Source: a virus | IMG/VR virus record: IMGVR_UViG_3300024348_000007 | DNA: 64,000 bases | Reading direction: 5' to 3' (one strand) | In this document: one piece after another, positions 47,294 through 54,632 of the stretch | Numbering within the stretch: the first letter of the stretch is position 1 | How the letters are laid out: each line of letters opens with the position of its first letter | Position numbers and translations under genes: made by a program | The notes under the pieces: generated by a model | Database searches by the model: none | Seen by the model: only the letters and a program-made list of their open reading frames with translations | Told to the model about the DNA's origin: nothing

Positions 47294-47863
47294 ATGGAAA
47301 TGACTCCAAGATGGCCTACTATGTTTGGTCAAGGGAAATTTGAAGTTGAAGGGTTATTTGAGTACCTATTTGCAAACTACGACCTAAACGATCCAGGCGG
47401 TGATGTAGATGGCGCAAATATTTTTACAGATAATTCTGAAATGATGAATAAGTTTAAGTCCGTTGTTCATGGTAAATTCAACGAATATCTTACAAACACA
47501 ATCAGTAAGACTATAGAAGACTTTGGCGATCACGAAATTAAAGCTTGGATTACAGGTCATGGTAAAGGTTATAGCATGACAACCCATAACCATTCTGGTG
47601 CACACATATCAGCTGTGTTTTACGTTTTAGCTGAAGATAAGTATTCTGGTGGGTCAATTGTATTCATTGATCCAAGAAGTAATGCAAATCGTGGATACGA
47701 TAGTTCGTTTGATGATTTATTTGCGCATCATGCATTCGTCCCAGAAACTGGTGATTATGTAATCTTTCCTTCTTTTAATTACCATCACGTAAAACCTTAC
47801 TACTCTGAATTTAGAATATGTATACCAGTTGATTTGTATTTGTATAGTAACAAAGATGTATAA
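47294..47863 (+). CDS. putative 2OG-Fe(II) oxygenase
   Basis: ATG after a GAGGAG SD. HNHSGAHISAVFYV...FIDPR...P.TGD.VIFPS..YHHV.P...RI matches the marine phage 2OG oxygenase pattern. Confidence 0.8.
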   Translation: MEMTPRWPTMFGQGKFEVEGLFEYLFANYDLNDPGGDVDGANIFTDNSEMMNKFKSVVHGKFNEYLTNTISKTIEDFGDHEIKAWITGHGKGYSMTTHNHSGAHISAVFYVLAEDKYSGGSIVFIDPRSNANRGYDSSFDDLFAHHAFVPETGDYVIFPSFNYHHVKPYYSEFRICIPVDLYLYSNKDV

Positions 47864-47866
47864 ATA
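47859..47866 (+). promoter_or_regulatory. T4-type late promoter TATAAATA
   Basis: Exact consensus overlapping the oxygenase stop, followed by the hairpin GTGTTC-acata-GAACAC (47882-47898). Confidence 0.7.
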
Positions 47867-47925
47867 GCTATATAATTTAACGTGTTCACATAGAACACTG
47901 AACGATAAACAAACGGAGATTTAAA

Positions 47926-48315
47926 ATGGCACTTTCATATACTTACAAAGTCCGCAATCTGAAGGTAAAAGATGAAGTTAACAGCGAAGGCGCTACATTG
48001 CAAAACGCTGTTGTTCAAACTTATTGGACTATCATCGGTACTGACGAGAACGGAAACTCTGGCGAATGGTCAGGGGCAACACCATTTACTGCAGCAAGTG
48101 TTCCTGCCGGTTCATTCACACCTTTCGAAACCTTAGAAGAAGCTGATGTTATTGGTTGGATTCAAAACGTTGTTAATAATGATGCCCAATATAAAGCACA
48201 TATTGATGAGCAACTTACAAAAGAAATCAGTAGAAATGTAGAAACAGAAGTTGCTGGAGAAGATTTGCCTTGGGGTGTAGCGGCAGCAGCGCCTGATGCA
48301 AGCGAAGGCGAATAA
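47926..48315 (+). CDS. small tail-fibre-associated protein (paralog 1)
   Basis: YTYKV..L...VQTYW..GTDENG...F.PFE.L.E.DVIGWI...LPW pattern, a type often found next to phage fibre genes. Confidence 0.6.
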   Translation: MALSYTYKVRNLKVKDEVNSEGATLQNAVVQTYWTIIGTDENGNSGEWSGATPFTAASVPAGSFTPFETLEEADVIGWIQNVVNNDAQYKAHIDEQLTKEISRNVETEVAGEDLPWGVAAAAPDASEGE

Positions 48316-48318
48316 AAA

Positions 48319-48648
48319 ATGACATATACTTGGGAAATTATAAAGCTTGGGCATGCAGATGTAACTAACGCTGGTGGTGAAAGTTTAACTAATGCAATTA
48401 TCCAAGTTCAATGGAGAAAGAAAGCCACAGACAGTGACGGCAATTCTTCAGTATATTTGGGAAAAACTAATCTTGATGTTTCAACTACTAGCGCGGCAGA
48501 TTTTGTAGCTTTAGATGATGTAACAAAAGAAAACGTTATCGCTTGGGTAGAAGAAAGCTTAAGTGCTTCCGAAGTAACGATGATAAATAATATTTTACAG
48601 AAAAAAGTTCAAGAAACTGCTATGACTGAGATCGCACCTTCTTGGTAA
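48319..48648 (+). CDS. small tail-fibre-associated protein (paralog 2)
   Basis: MTYTWEI...IIQVQW...TDSDGN...FVALDDVTKENVIAWV...PSW; aligns with the preceding gene. Confidence 0.6.
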   Translation: MTYTWEIIKLGHADVTNAGGESLTNAIIQVQWRKKATDSDGNSSVYLGKTNLDVSTTSAADFVALDDVTKENVIAWVEESLSASEVTMINNILQKKVQETAMTEIAPSW

Positions 48649-48690
48649 GATCGCCTATACTTTGTTATAGTTTTATATTATGGAGACAAA

Positions 48691-49725
48691 ATGCACGATT
48701 TGCACACAGGTGGATTAGCTAATTACGCCTTAAAAAGAGGCGGTTCACTGCACCCAATTTGTATACCAACAGAAGTGCTTGGTAACGAAACAGGGATTAT
48801 GAACCCCTCTATTTTTCTTCACAAAGGAAAAATACTCGTTAACGTAAGACACGTTAACTATATCTTATATCACTCAGAAGGTAAACAGTTTCCTCATCAG
48901 TGGGGTCCTTTGGTATACGTACATCCCGAAACAGATGTTACTTTGAGAACGCATAACGTAATATGCGAGCTTGATAAGAATATGAATCTGGCCAATGCTC
49001 AAAGAATTAATATGGTTTTAGATACAGAACCTACTTGGAATTTTATTGGATTAGAAGATGCGCGCTTGTTTAGTTGGGATGATAAACTATTCTTATGTGG
49101 TGTAAGAAGAGATTGTTATGATAATAAGGGTAAAGGGCGCATGGAAATGTGTCATATAGATTTCGTAGATGGTGAATGGAAAGAATTGTCGCGTCATCCA
49201 ATTCCTGCGCCTGGTGATGACGGGTCTTACTGTGAAAAAAATTGGATGCCTATTCTTGATATGCCTTATCACTTTGTAAAATGGACAAATCCTACTCAGG
49301 TGATTAAATTCGATATAGATGAAGGAACAACGGTAGATGCGGTATATGACGCGTCAAAATTTGTTAACGCGAATAAAGATTTTAGAGGTGGATCTCAAGT
49401 ACTTCGCATTAATGAAAATCAAAGAATGGCTTTTATTCACGAAACAAACCTATTAAGAGATCCTTTTGGCAGAAAAGATGGTAACTATGCGCATCGAGTA
49501 ATCGTATGGGATAACGATTGGAATATAGTTCATAAATCTAAAGAATTCCATTTTATGGGAACTTATTATGATCATGTTAAAGCACAAGATTATAATATAG
49601 AATTTGTAACAGGCGCTGCAATGTTGGGTAACGATATTCTTATTTCTTATGGATGGCAAGATAATGCCTCGTATGTGTTACGCATGCCTCAAAATGTGTT
49701 TGCAAATTTTCTTTATGGAGAGTAG
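48691..49725 (+). CDS. five-bladed beta-propeller glycosidase/phosphorylase-like protein (GH130/GH43-like)
   Basis: MNPSI, GLEDARLF, EKNWMP, RGGSQ, IEFVTG and ISYGWQDN motifs. Confidence 0.7.
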   Translation: MHDLHTGGLANYALKRGGSLHPICIPTEVLGNETGIMNPSIFLHKGKILVNVRHVNYILYHSEGKQFPHQWGPLVYVHPETDVTLRTHNVICELDKNMNLANAQRINMVLDTEPTWNFIGLEDARLFSWDDKLFLCGVRRDCYDNKGKGRMEMCHIDFVDGEWKELSRHPIPAPGDDGSYCEKNWMPILDMPYHFVKWTNPTQVIKFDIDEGTTVDAVYDASKFVNANKDFRGGSQVLRINENQRMAFIHETNLLRDPFGRKDGNYAHRVIVWDNDWNIVHKSKEFHFMGTYYDHVKAQDYNIEFVTGAAMLGNDILISYGWQDNASYVLRMPQNVFANFLYGE

Positions 49726-49728
49726 ATT

Positions 49729-50967
49729 ATGAAATTTAAAAATATGCAAGTTTTAAACGATGTTGTGTTAGATTATTCTAATCCGTTTAAGATGTATAAG
49801 TTAGCTTTAGAATACGATTCTCTTAAACAAGGAGCTGCAGCATTCGGTTGGTATCTTAGAGCTGCTGATTTTGTGACTGGAAATTCAGACGAAGAACTAG
49901 AATTACAATATAAGTGTTTAATAAAAGGTGCAATGATTTTTGCAAGATCTGAAGCACGTAATGAAACTTCAAAAGGTCTAATTAAATTAGCGATGTCTAT
50001 TTTGCCGAATAGGCCAGAAGCGTATTATTTTGCTTCTAGATGGGCTATAGACCAAAGCAAATTCAGAAATGCTTTAATGTATGCGAAAATAGCTTTATCA
50101 CAAAATGAAGAGCATGAACCCATTGAAGATTTAAAAGATTACCCAGGAAAAGTCGGATTAAAATATTGTTATGCAGTTTCTAAATGGAAATCTGACGGAA
50201 GAGATGACTCTAGAAACTTGCTCTTTGATTTGAAATACAAAGAAAAACTAAATATGACTAAAGAGATAAGTGATAGTGTTAATGGATGGTTAGGATCTGT
50301 CGGTTATCCAAGTACAATACCTTATACTAAAGAAGAAAAATCTAAATACAGATTTCCCTTTGAAGGCATGGATAAAATCGATAAAAATTATTCCCGCCAT
50401 TTCCAAGATATGTTTGTGTTGTCATTATTAGATGGTAAAACAGACGGTTCCTTTATAGAAATAGGATCAGGCCATCCTACACTATTCAATAATACATTTC
50501 TATTAGAAGATAAATTTAATTGGAAAGGTATATCTTTAGATTACTCAGAAAGAATGTGTTCTAAGTTTAGTAGAGAAAGAAAGACAAATATAATTTTTGC
50601 TGACGCTTCAAACATAGATTACTCACAACTTTTTAAGCAAAACTGTATAGAGCAACGTGTAGATTATCTAAGAATAAACGCAGACTCAGCTTCTTATAAA
50701 GTACTAGAATCTATACCATATCATAAGCATGAATTTTCTACAATTCAGTTTCAACATAATGCTTGTTGGTGGGGAGAGGAAATGAGAGACGCTAGCAGAG
50801 AATTCCTTAAGAATGTAGGCTATATTTTATGCGTTTCAGATGTAGCTATTGATGAAGAGCATGCTTATGAAGATTGGTGGATTCATCCAGCCTTAATAAA
50901 TAATCGTATGCAATCCAATAAAAGTATTAATTTCGCTTGGCAATATATGATGAAGGAAAGAAAATGA
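49729..50967 (+). CDS. TPR-like domain fused to an FkbM-like SAM-dependent methyltransferase
   Basis: N-terminal helical repeats (PNRPEAYY). C-terminal QDMFV...G.FIEIGSGHP...NNT.LLE..FNWKG...VDYLRI...EDWW. Confidence 0.7.
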   Translation: MKFKNMQVLNDVVLDYSNPFKMYKLALEYDSLKQGAAAFGWYLRAADFVTGNSDEELELQYKCLIKGAMIFARSEARNETSKGLIKLAMSILPNRPEAYYFASRWAIDQSKFRNALMYAKIALSQNEEHEPIEDLKDYPGKVGLKYCYAVSKWKSDGRDDSRNLLFDLKYKEKLNMTKEISDSVNGWLGSVGYPSTIPYTKEEKSKYRFPFEGMDKIDKNYSRHFQDMFVLSLLDGKTDGSFIEIGSGHPTLFNNTFLLEDKFNWKGISLDYSERMCSKFSRERKTNIIFADASNIDYSQLFKQNCIEQRVDYLRINADSASYKVLESIPYHKHEFSTIQFQHNACWWGEEMRDASREFLKNVGYILCVSDVAIDEEHAYEDWWIHPALINNRMQSNKSINFAWQYMMKERK

Positions 50968-51716
50968 AACCAGTAATCGTAACAGGAGGGTTTGACCCTT
51001 TACATTCAGGACATATCGCGTATTTTAAAGCTGCTAAGGAATTAGGTTCTATTCTATTTGTTGGTGTTAATAGTGATGAGTGGTTAACACGAAAAAAGGG
51101 AAGACCTTTTATGCCAGTTGAAGAACGTATTGCAATCATTAAAGAAATAGGTTGTGTAGGACATGTATTCGCATTTAATGATGACGATGATACAGCAATT
51201 AACGCTATTGAATATGTAAAGAAACAAGCACCAGGAAATTCTAGCATAGTCTTCGCGAATGGTGGAGATCGTACTAAAGATAATATCCCAGAAATGGTAT
51301 TCGATGATGTAGAATTTTTATTTGGTGTTGGTGGAGAAGATAAGAAAAATAGTTCATCTTGGATTTTAAAAGAATGGGATAAACCTACAACAAAAAGATT
51401 GTGGGGTAAATACAGAGAATTAGATCAAAATGGTCATTGGAAAGTTAAAGAACTGTCTATAGATGTTGGTAAATCATTATCTGATCAAAGACATTTTATA
51501 CGTTCTGAGCATTGGCATGTTGTTGATGGAGATCTTAAAATGAATCTAGACTTCCAAAATGGATATAGTACATCTAAAATCTATAAAACCGGAGACAGCA
51601 TTGACATTCCAAGACGGACATGGCATCACGCAACGAATGTCGGTGATAAACCAGTAAAGGTAATTGAGGTTTGGATGGGAGATACTCTCTCAGAAGAAGA
51701 TATAGAAAGAAGATAA
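50964..51716 (+). CDS. cytidylyltransferase-like nucleotidyltransferase fused to a mannose-6-phosphate isomerase type II-like cupin
   Basis: TGGFDPLHSGH (HxGH), GVNSDEWLTRKKG and FANGGDR. C-terminal WG.Y..L...KVKEL...SLSDQRH..RSEHW...IEVW.G..LSE.DI.R. Confidence 0.85.
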   Translation: MKPVIVTGGFDPLHSGHIAYFKAAKELGSILFVGVNSDEWLTRKKGRPFMPVEERIAIIKEIGCVGHVFAFNDDDDTAINAIEYVKKQAPGNSSIVFANGGDRTKDNIPEMVFDDVEFLFGVGGEDKKNSSSWILKEWDKPTTKRLWGKYRELDQNGHWKVKELSIDVGKSLSDQRHFIRSEHWHVVDGDLKMNLDFQNGYSTSKIYKTGDSIDIPRRTWHHATNVGDKPVKVIEVWMGDTLSEEDIERR

Positions 51717-51779
51717 CTTTATTTTGTAGTAGATAATACTATTCTACCGTGTCTCCTAAAAAGTGTCAACCTATATTTT

Positions 51780-51787
51780 TATAAATA
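51780..51787 (+). promoter_or_regulatory. T4-type late promoter TATAAATA
   Basis: Exact consensus, intergenic. Confidence 0.8.
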
Positions 51788-51819
51788 GTAGAAATAAGTT
51801 TGAAACAAAGGAGAAAGAC

Positions 51820-52227
51820 ATGGCCTTTCAGTTATCGCCTGGCGCCAGAAATGGTACGCTCCAGTCACTAGAGACTACAATCGGTGCAAATCCGATCTTA
51901 ACAATAGCAACAGGTGCATCACCCACAGAGTGTGCGAGTGCAAATACTGGTAATATTGTTGCTACTATGGTATTACCTTCAGATTGGCTTGCAACTCCTT
52001 CTGGCGGAGTAATTCAATTATCAGGTAGTTGGCAAGATTTATCAGCAGATGCATCAGGCACGGCAGGGTATTTTAGAATTCACCAAAACGATGGAACAGT
52101 TTGTCATATGCAAGGTACTATTTCTGCATCTGGCGCAGGTGGAGATATGCAGTTAGACAATACTAACATCGCTATTGGTCAACAAATTACAATCACTACA
52201 TTTACAATTACTGCTGGTGGCGCATAA
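51820..52227 (+). CDS. small virion structural protein
   Basis: ATG after an AAGGAG SD. Ala/Gly/Thr-rich ADASGTAGYFRI...QG...GGDMQL pattern. Confidence 0.65.
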   Translation: MAFQLSPGARNGTLQSLETTIGANPILTIATGASPTECASANTGNIVATMVLPSDWLATPSGGVIQLSGSWQDLSADASGTAGYFRIHQNDGTVCHMQGTISASGAGGDMQLDNTNIAIGQQITITTFTITAGGA

Positions 52228-52239
52228 AGGACTGTCTAA

Positions 52240-52821
52240 ATGTCCGCAAATGGCGTATTTACATCAACATTAGATATTAGTTTCTTCGGTGGCGGTTTTT
52301 CAACCATCGAAGGACAAGCTTCTGGTGTCTTCGATCTAAGTTTTACATCCGATGTTTTTAATCCAGTTCTTGCTGAATTAAATCAAACATTGACATTTGA
52401 TGTTGAAGCTGGTATTGTGACACCTACTATCTATGGTGAATTTTCAGGAGCAATAGATTTTACGCTTGACCAATCTGGTCGTATAGAATTCGGTATTCAA
52501 AGCTACTTAACTTCAGCAAATAACGAACTAGACTTTACTGCGATATCATACGGTAAAGTTCCAGTAGCTGCTACCGCAAATCCAACCTTTGAAATATTGT
52601 TCTCAGGAACCATGGCTCAATTCTCTGAGATAGAAGGTGCTACTGCATTCGATTTCTCTTTGTATGGATACGGCGAAAACTATACTCTTCTTAGTAAAAC
52701 AAGATTTGGTAAAAACGATGCAGAGTTAACAAGACTTGCATCAAATGAAGCAGTAATTAAACAAGAGCCTAACGACGTTAAGATAAGAAATTCTGGCATA
52801 ACATACGCAGAAGTACGATGA
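52240..52821 (+). CDS. putative virion protein (Phe/Ser/Gly-rich beta repeats)
   Basis: ORF in the late operon; no family recognised. Confidence 0.55.
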   Translation: MSANGVFTSTLDISFFGGGFSTIEGQASGVFDLSFTSDVFNPVLAELNQTLTFDVEAGIVTPTIYGEFSGAIDFTLDQSGRIEFGIQSYLTSANNELDFTAISYGKVPVAATANPTFEILFSGTMAQFSEIEGATAFDFSLYGYGENYTLLSKTRFGKNDAELTRLASNEAVIKQEPNDVKIRNSGITYAEVR

Positions 52822-52860
52822 CAGTTTTAATAAATAAGAGTAAATACTTGGAGAAAACAA

Positions 52861-53193
52861 ATGGCAGCTAACTTTTATATAAAACAAAATGATACTGCGC
52901 CAGCAATTGAAGCGGTTCTTACTGATTCTTCAGGACGAGCAAAATCATTAGCCGCGGCTTCATTAATAAGATTTAATATGTCTACAGATTCTGGCACTAA
53001 TGTTATCAATCTGGGAACAGGCGCAATCGTAAATCCGGCAAAAGGTATAGTATCATATACTTGGCAAGCTGGTGATACATCTAACACCGGTATTCATAAC
53101 GCAGAATTCCAGGTTACATACAATAACGGTCAGATCGAGAGTTTTCCAAACTCAGGTTACATTAAAGTAATCATCAAAGAAGAACTGGCGTAA
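52861..53193 (+). CDS. BppU-like Ig-fold virion protein
   Basis: FYIKQNDT.P.I...L...G.V.YTWQAGDT...G...AEFQVTY...E.FPN pattern. Variant promoter AATAAATA upstream at 52829. Confidence 0.65.
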   Translation: MAANFYIKQNDTAPAIEAVLTDSSGRAKSLAAASLIRFNMSTDSGTNVINLGTGAIVNPAKGIVSYTWQAGDTSNTGIHNAEFQVTYNNGQIESFPNSGYIKVIIKEELA

Positions 53194-53203
53194 GGAGAAA
53201 ACA

Positions 53204-53947
53204 ATGGCGCAACCACAGTCAAGAGAAGAATTTCAAGATTACGTCTTAAGAAAAATCGGTGCACCTGTTATTCAAATTAACGTGTCAGAAGAACAGATTG
53301 AAGACCGAGTAGACGAAGCAGTTTCTTTTTGGAGAGATTACCATTATAACGGATCACAAATGGTATATCTTAAACACCAGATAACTGAAGAAGATAAAGA
53401 AAGAGGTTGGGTTCCTTTACCTCCTAAACTTTTAGGTATATCAAAAATATTCTCTTTCGATACATCTATCTCAACAGGTACTGGTATGTTTAACGTAACA
53501 TATCAATTTGTTTTAAATAATATTCAGGATATGACAAGCTATAGTATGCAGAACTATTATATGACTATGCAACATATCGAGTTCCTTCAAGAAATTCTTG
53601 TCGGTAAACCGATGGTTCGTTATAATAGACATGTTAATAAATTGCATGTTGATACAGATAGAAAGGGTTGGGTAGTAGGTAACTATATTATTATAGAAGC
53701 TTATGATATTATTGACCCTGACGAATATGCTGATGTTTGGACAGATCGTTGGTTACAGAACTATGCTGCTGTTTTGGTAAGAGAACAATGGGGACTAAAC
53801 TTAACTAAATTTACCAATATGCAATTAGTAGGTGGTGTATCTTTTAACGGTGAACAAATCTTATCAGAAGCAAGAGCTGAGCGGCAACAAATAGAAGAAG
53901 ACGCAATACGTTCATTGCAACCACTTACATATAACTTCATTGGATAA
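53204..53947 (+). CDS. gp13: neck protein gp13
   Basis: LRKIGAPVIQINV..EQI.D.VDEA...W..YH...QWG.NL.KF...L.GGV.FNG; T4 synteny. Confidence 0.92.
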   Translation: MAQPQSREEFQDYVLRKIGAPVIQINVSEEQIEDRVDEAVSFWRDYHYNGSQMVYLKHQITEEDKERGWVPLPPKLLGISKIFSFDTSISTGTGMFNVTYQFVLNNIQDMTSYSMQNYYMTMQHIEFLQEILVGKPMVRYNRHVNKLHVDTDRKGWVVGNYIIIEAYDIIDPDEYADVWTDRWLQNYAAVLVREQWGLNLTKFTNMQLVGGVSFNGEQILSEARAERQQIEEDAIRSLQPLTYNFIG

Positions 53948-53950
53948 ATC

Positions 53951-54631
53951 ATGGCAACTAATGCATTCTTTAGAAACATTGATAACACAAACGAACAGAA
54001 CTTAATTGATGACTTAGTAATTGAATCAATTCAGATCTATGGTCTCGACGTTAAGTTCGTTACGAGATTGCATTCTAATGTCGATAAGATTTTAAATGAG
54101 GATGATTTACCTACATTTGATAACTATTACGATTTTGAAGTTTATATTAAAAACGTTGACGGTTTTGAAGGTGAAGGAGATTTCTTAAGTAAGTTTGGTC
54201 TTCAAATCAGAGACTCAATTACATTTACTGTAGCAATAAGAACATTCGAACGGTTTGTAACAAGAGAAAAAGACACTAGAAAAAGACCGTTGGAAGGAGA
54301 AATGATATTCCTCCCTCTTAACGGTAAAATGTACAAAATTCAGCATGTTGAGCACGAAAGTATATTCTATCAATCTGGTTCTCTTCAAGTGTATGATATG
54401 CGTTGTGAACTCGCAGAATATTCTGGTGAAACATTCGATACTGGTTATTATGAGATTGATAATTATTTTGAAGATATTGATACTTCTGCTAATACCGTTA
54501 CTACACTTACGAATTTAGCAAACACAGATCCTATTTCCCAAAACGTATTCTTCGAGTCGCAGGCTGATGATATCATAGATTTCTCTGAGATGGATCCATT
54601 CAGCGAAAATATTTCAATACAGGACTCATAA
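53951..54631 (+). CDS. gp14: neck protein gp14
   Basis: EQNLI.DLV.ESIQ.YG...GF.GEGD..SKFGL...RP.EG..I..PL...DFSE.DPF. Confidence 0.92.
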   Translation: MATNAFFRNIDNTNEQNLIDDLVIESIQIYGLDVKFVTRLHSNVDKILNEDDLPTFDNYYDFEVYIKNVDGFEGEGDFLSKFGLQIRDSITFTVAIRTFERFVTREKDTRKRPLEGEMIFLPLNGKMYKIQHVEHESIFYQSGSLQVYDMRCELAEYSGETFDTGYYEIDNYFEDIDTSANTVTTLTNLANTDPISQNVFFESQADDIIDFSEMDPFSENISIQDS

Positions 54632-54632
54632 T

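Noticed and set aside
47294-47863. 2OG oxygenase as a prolyl hydroxylase for the collagen fibre
   Set aside because: The collagen is proline-poor with Gln in the Y position, so there is little canonical substrate.
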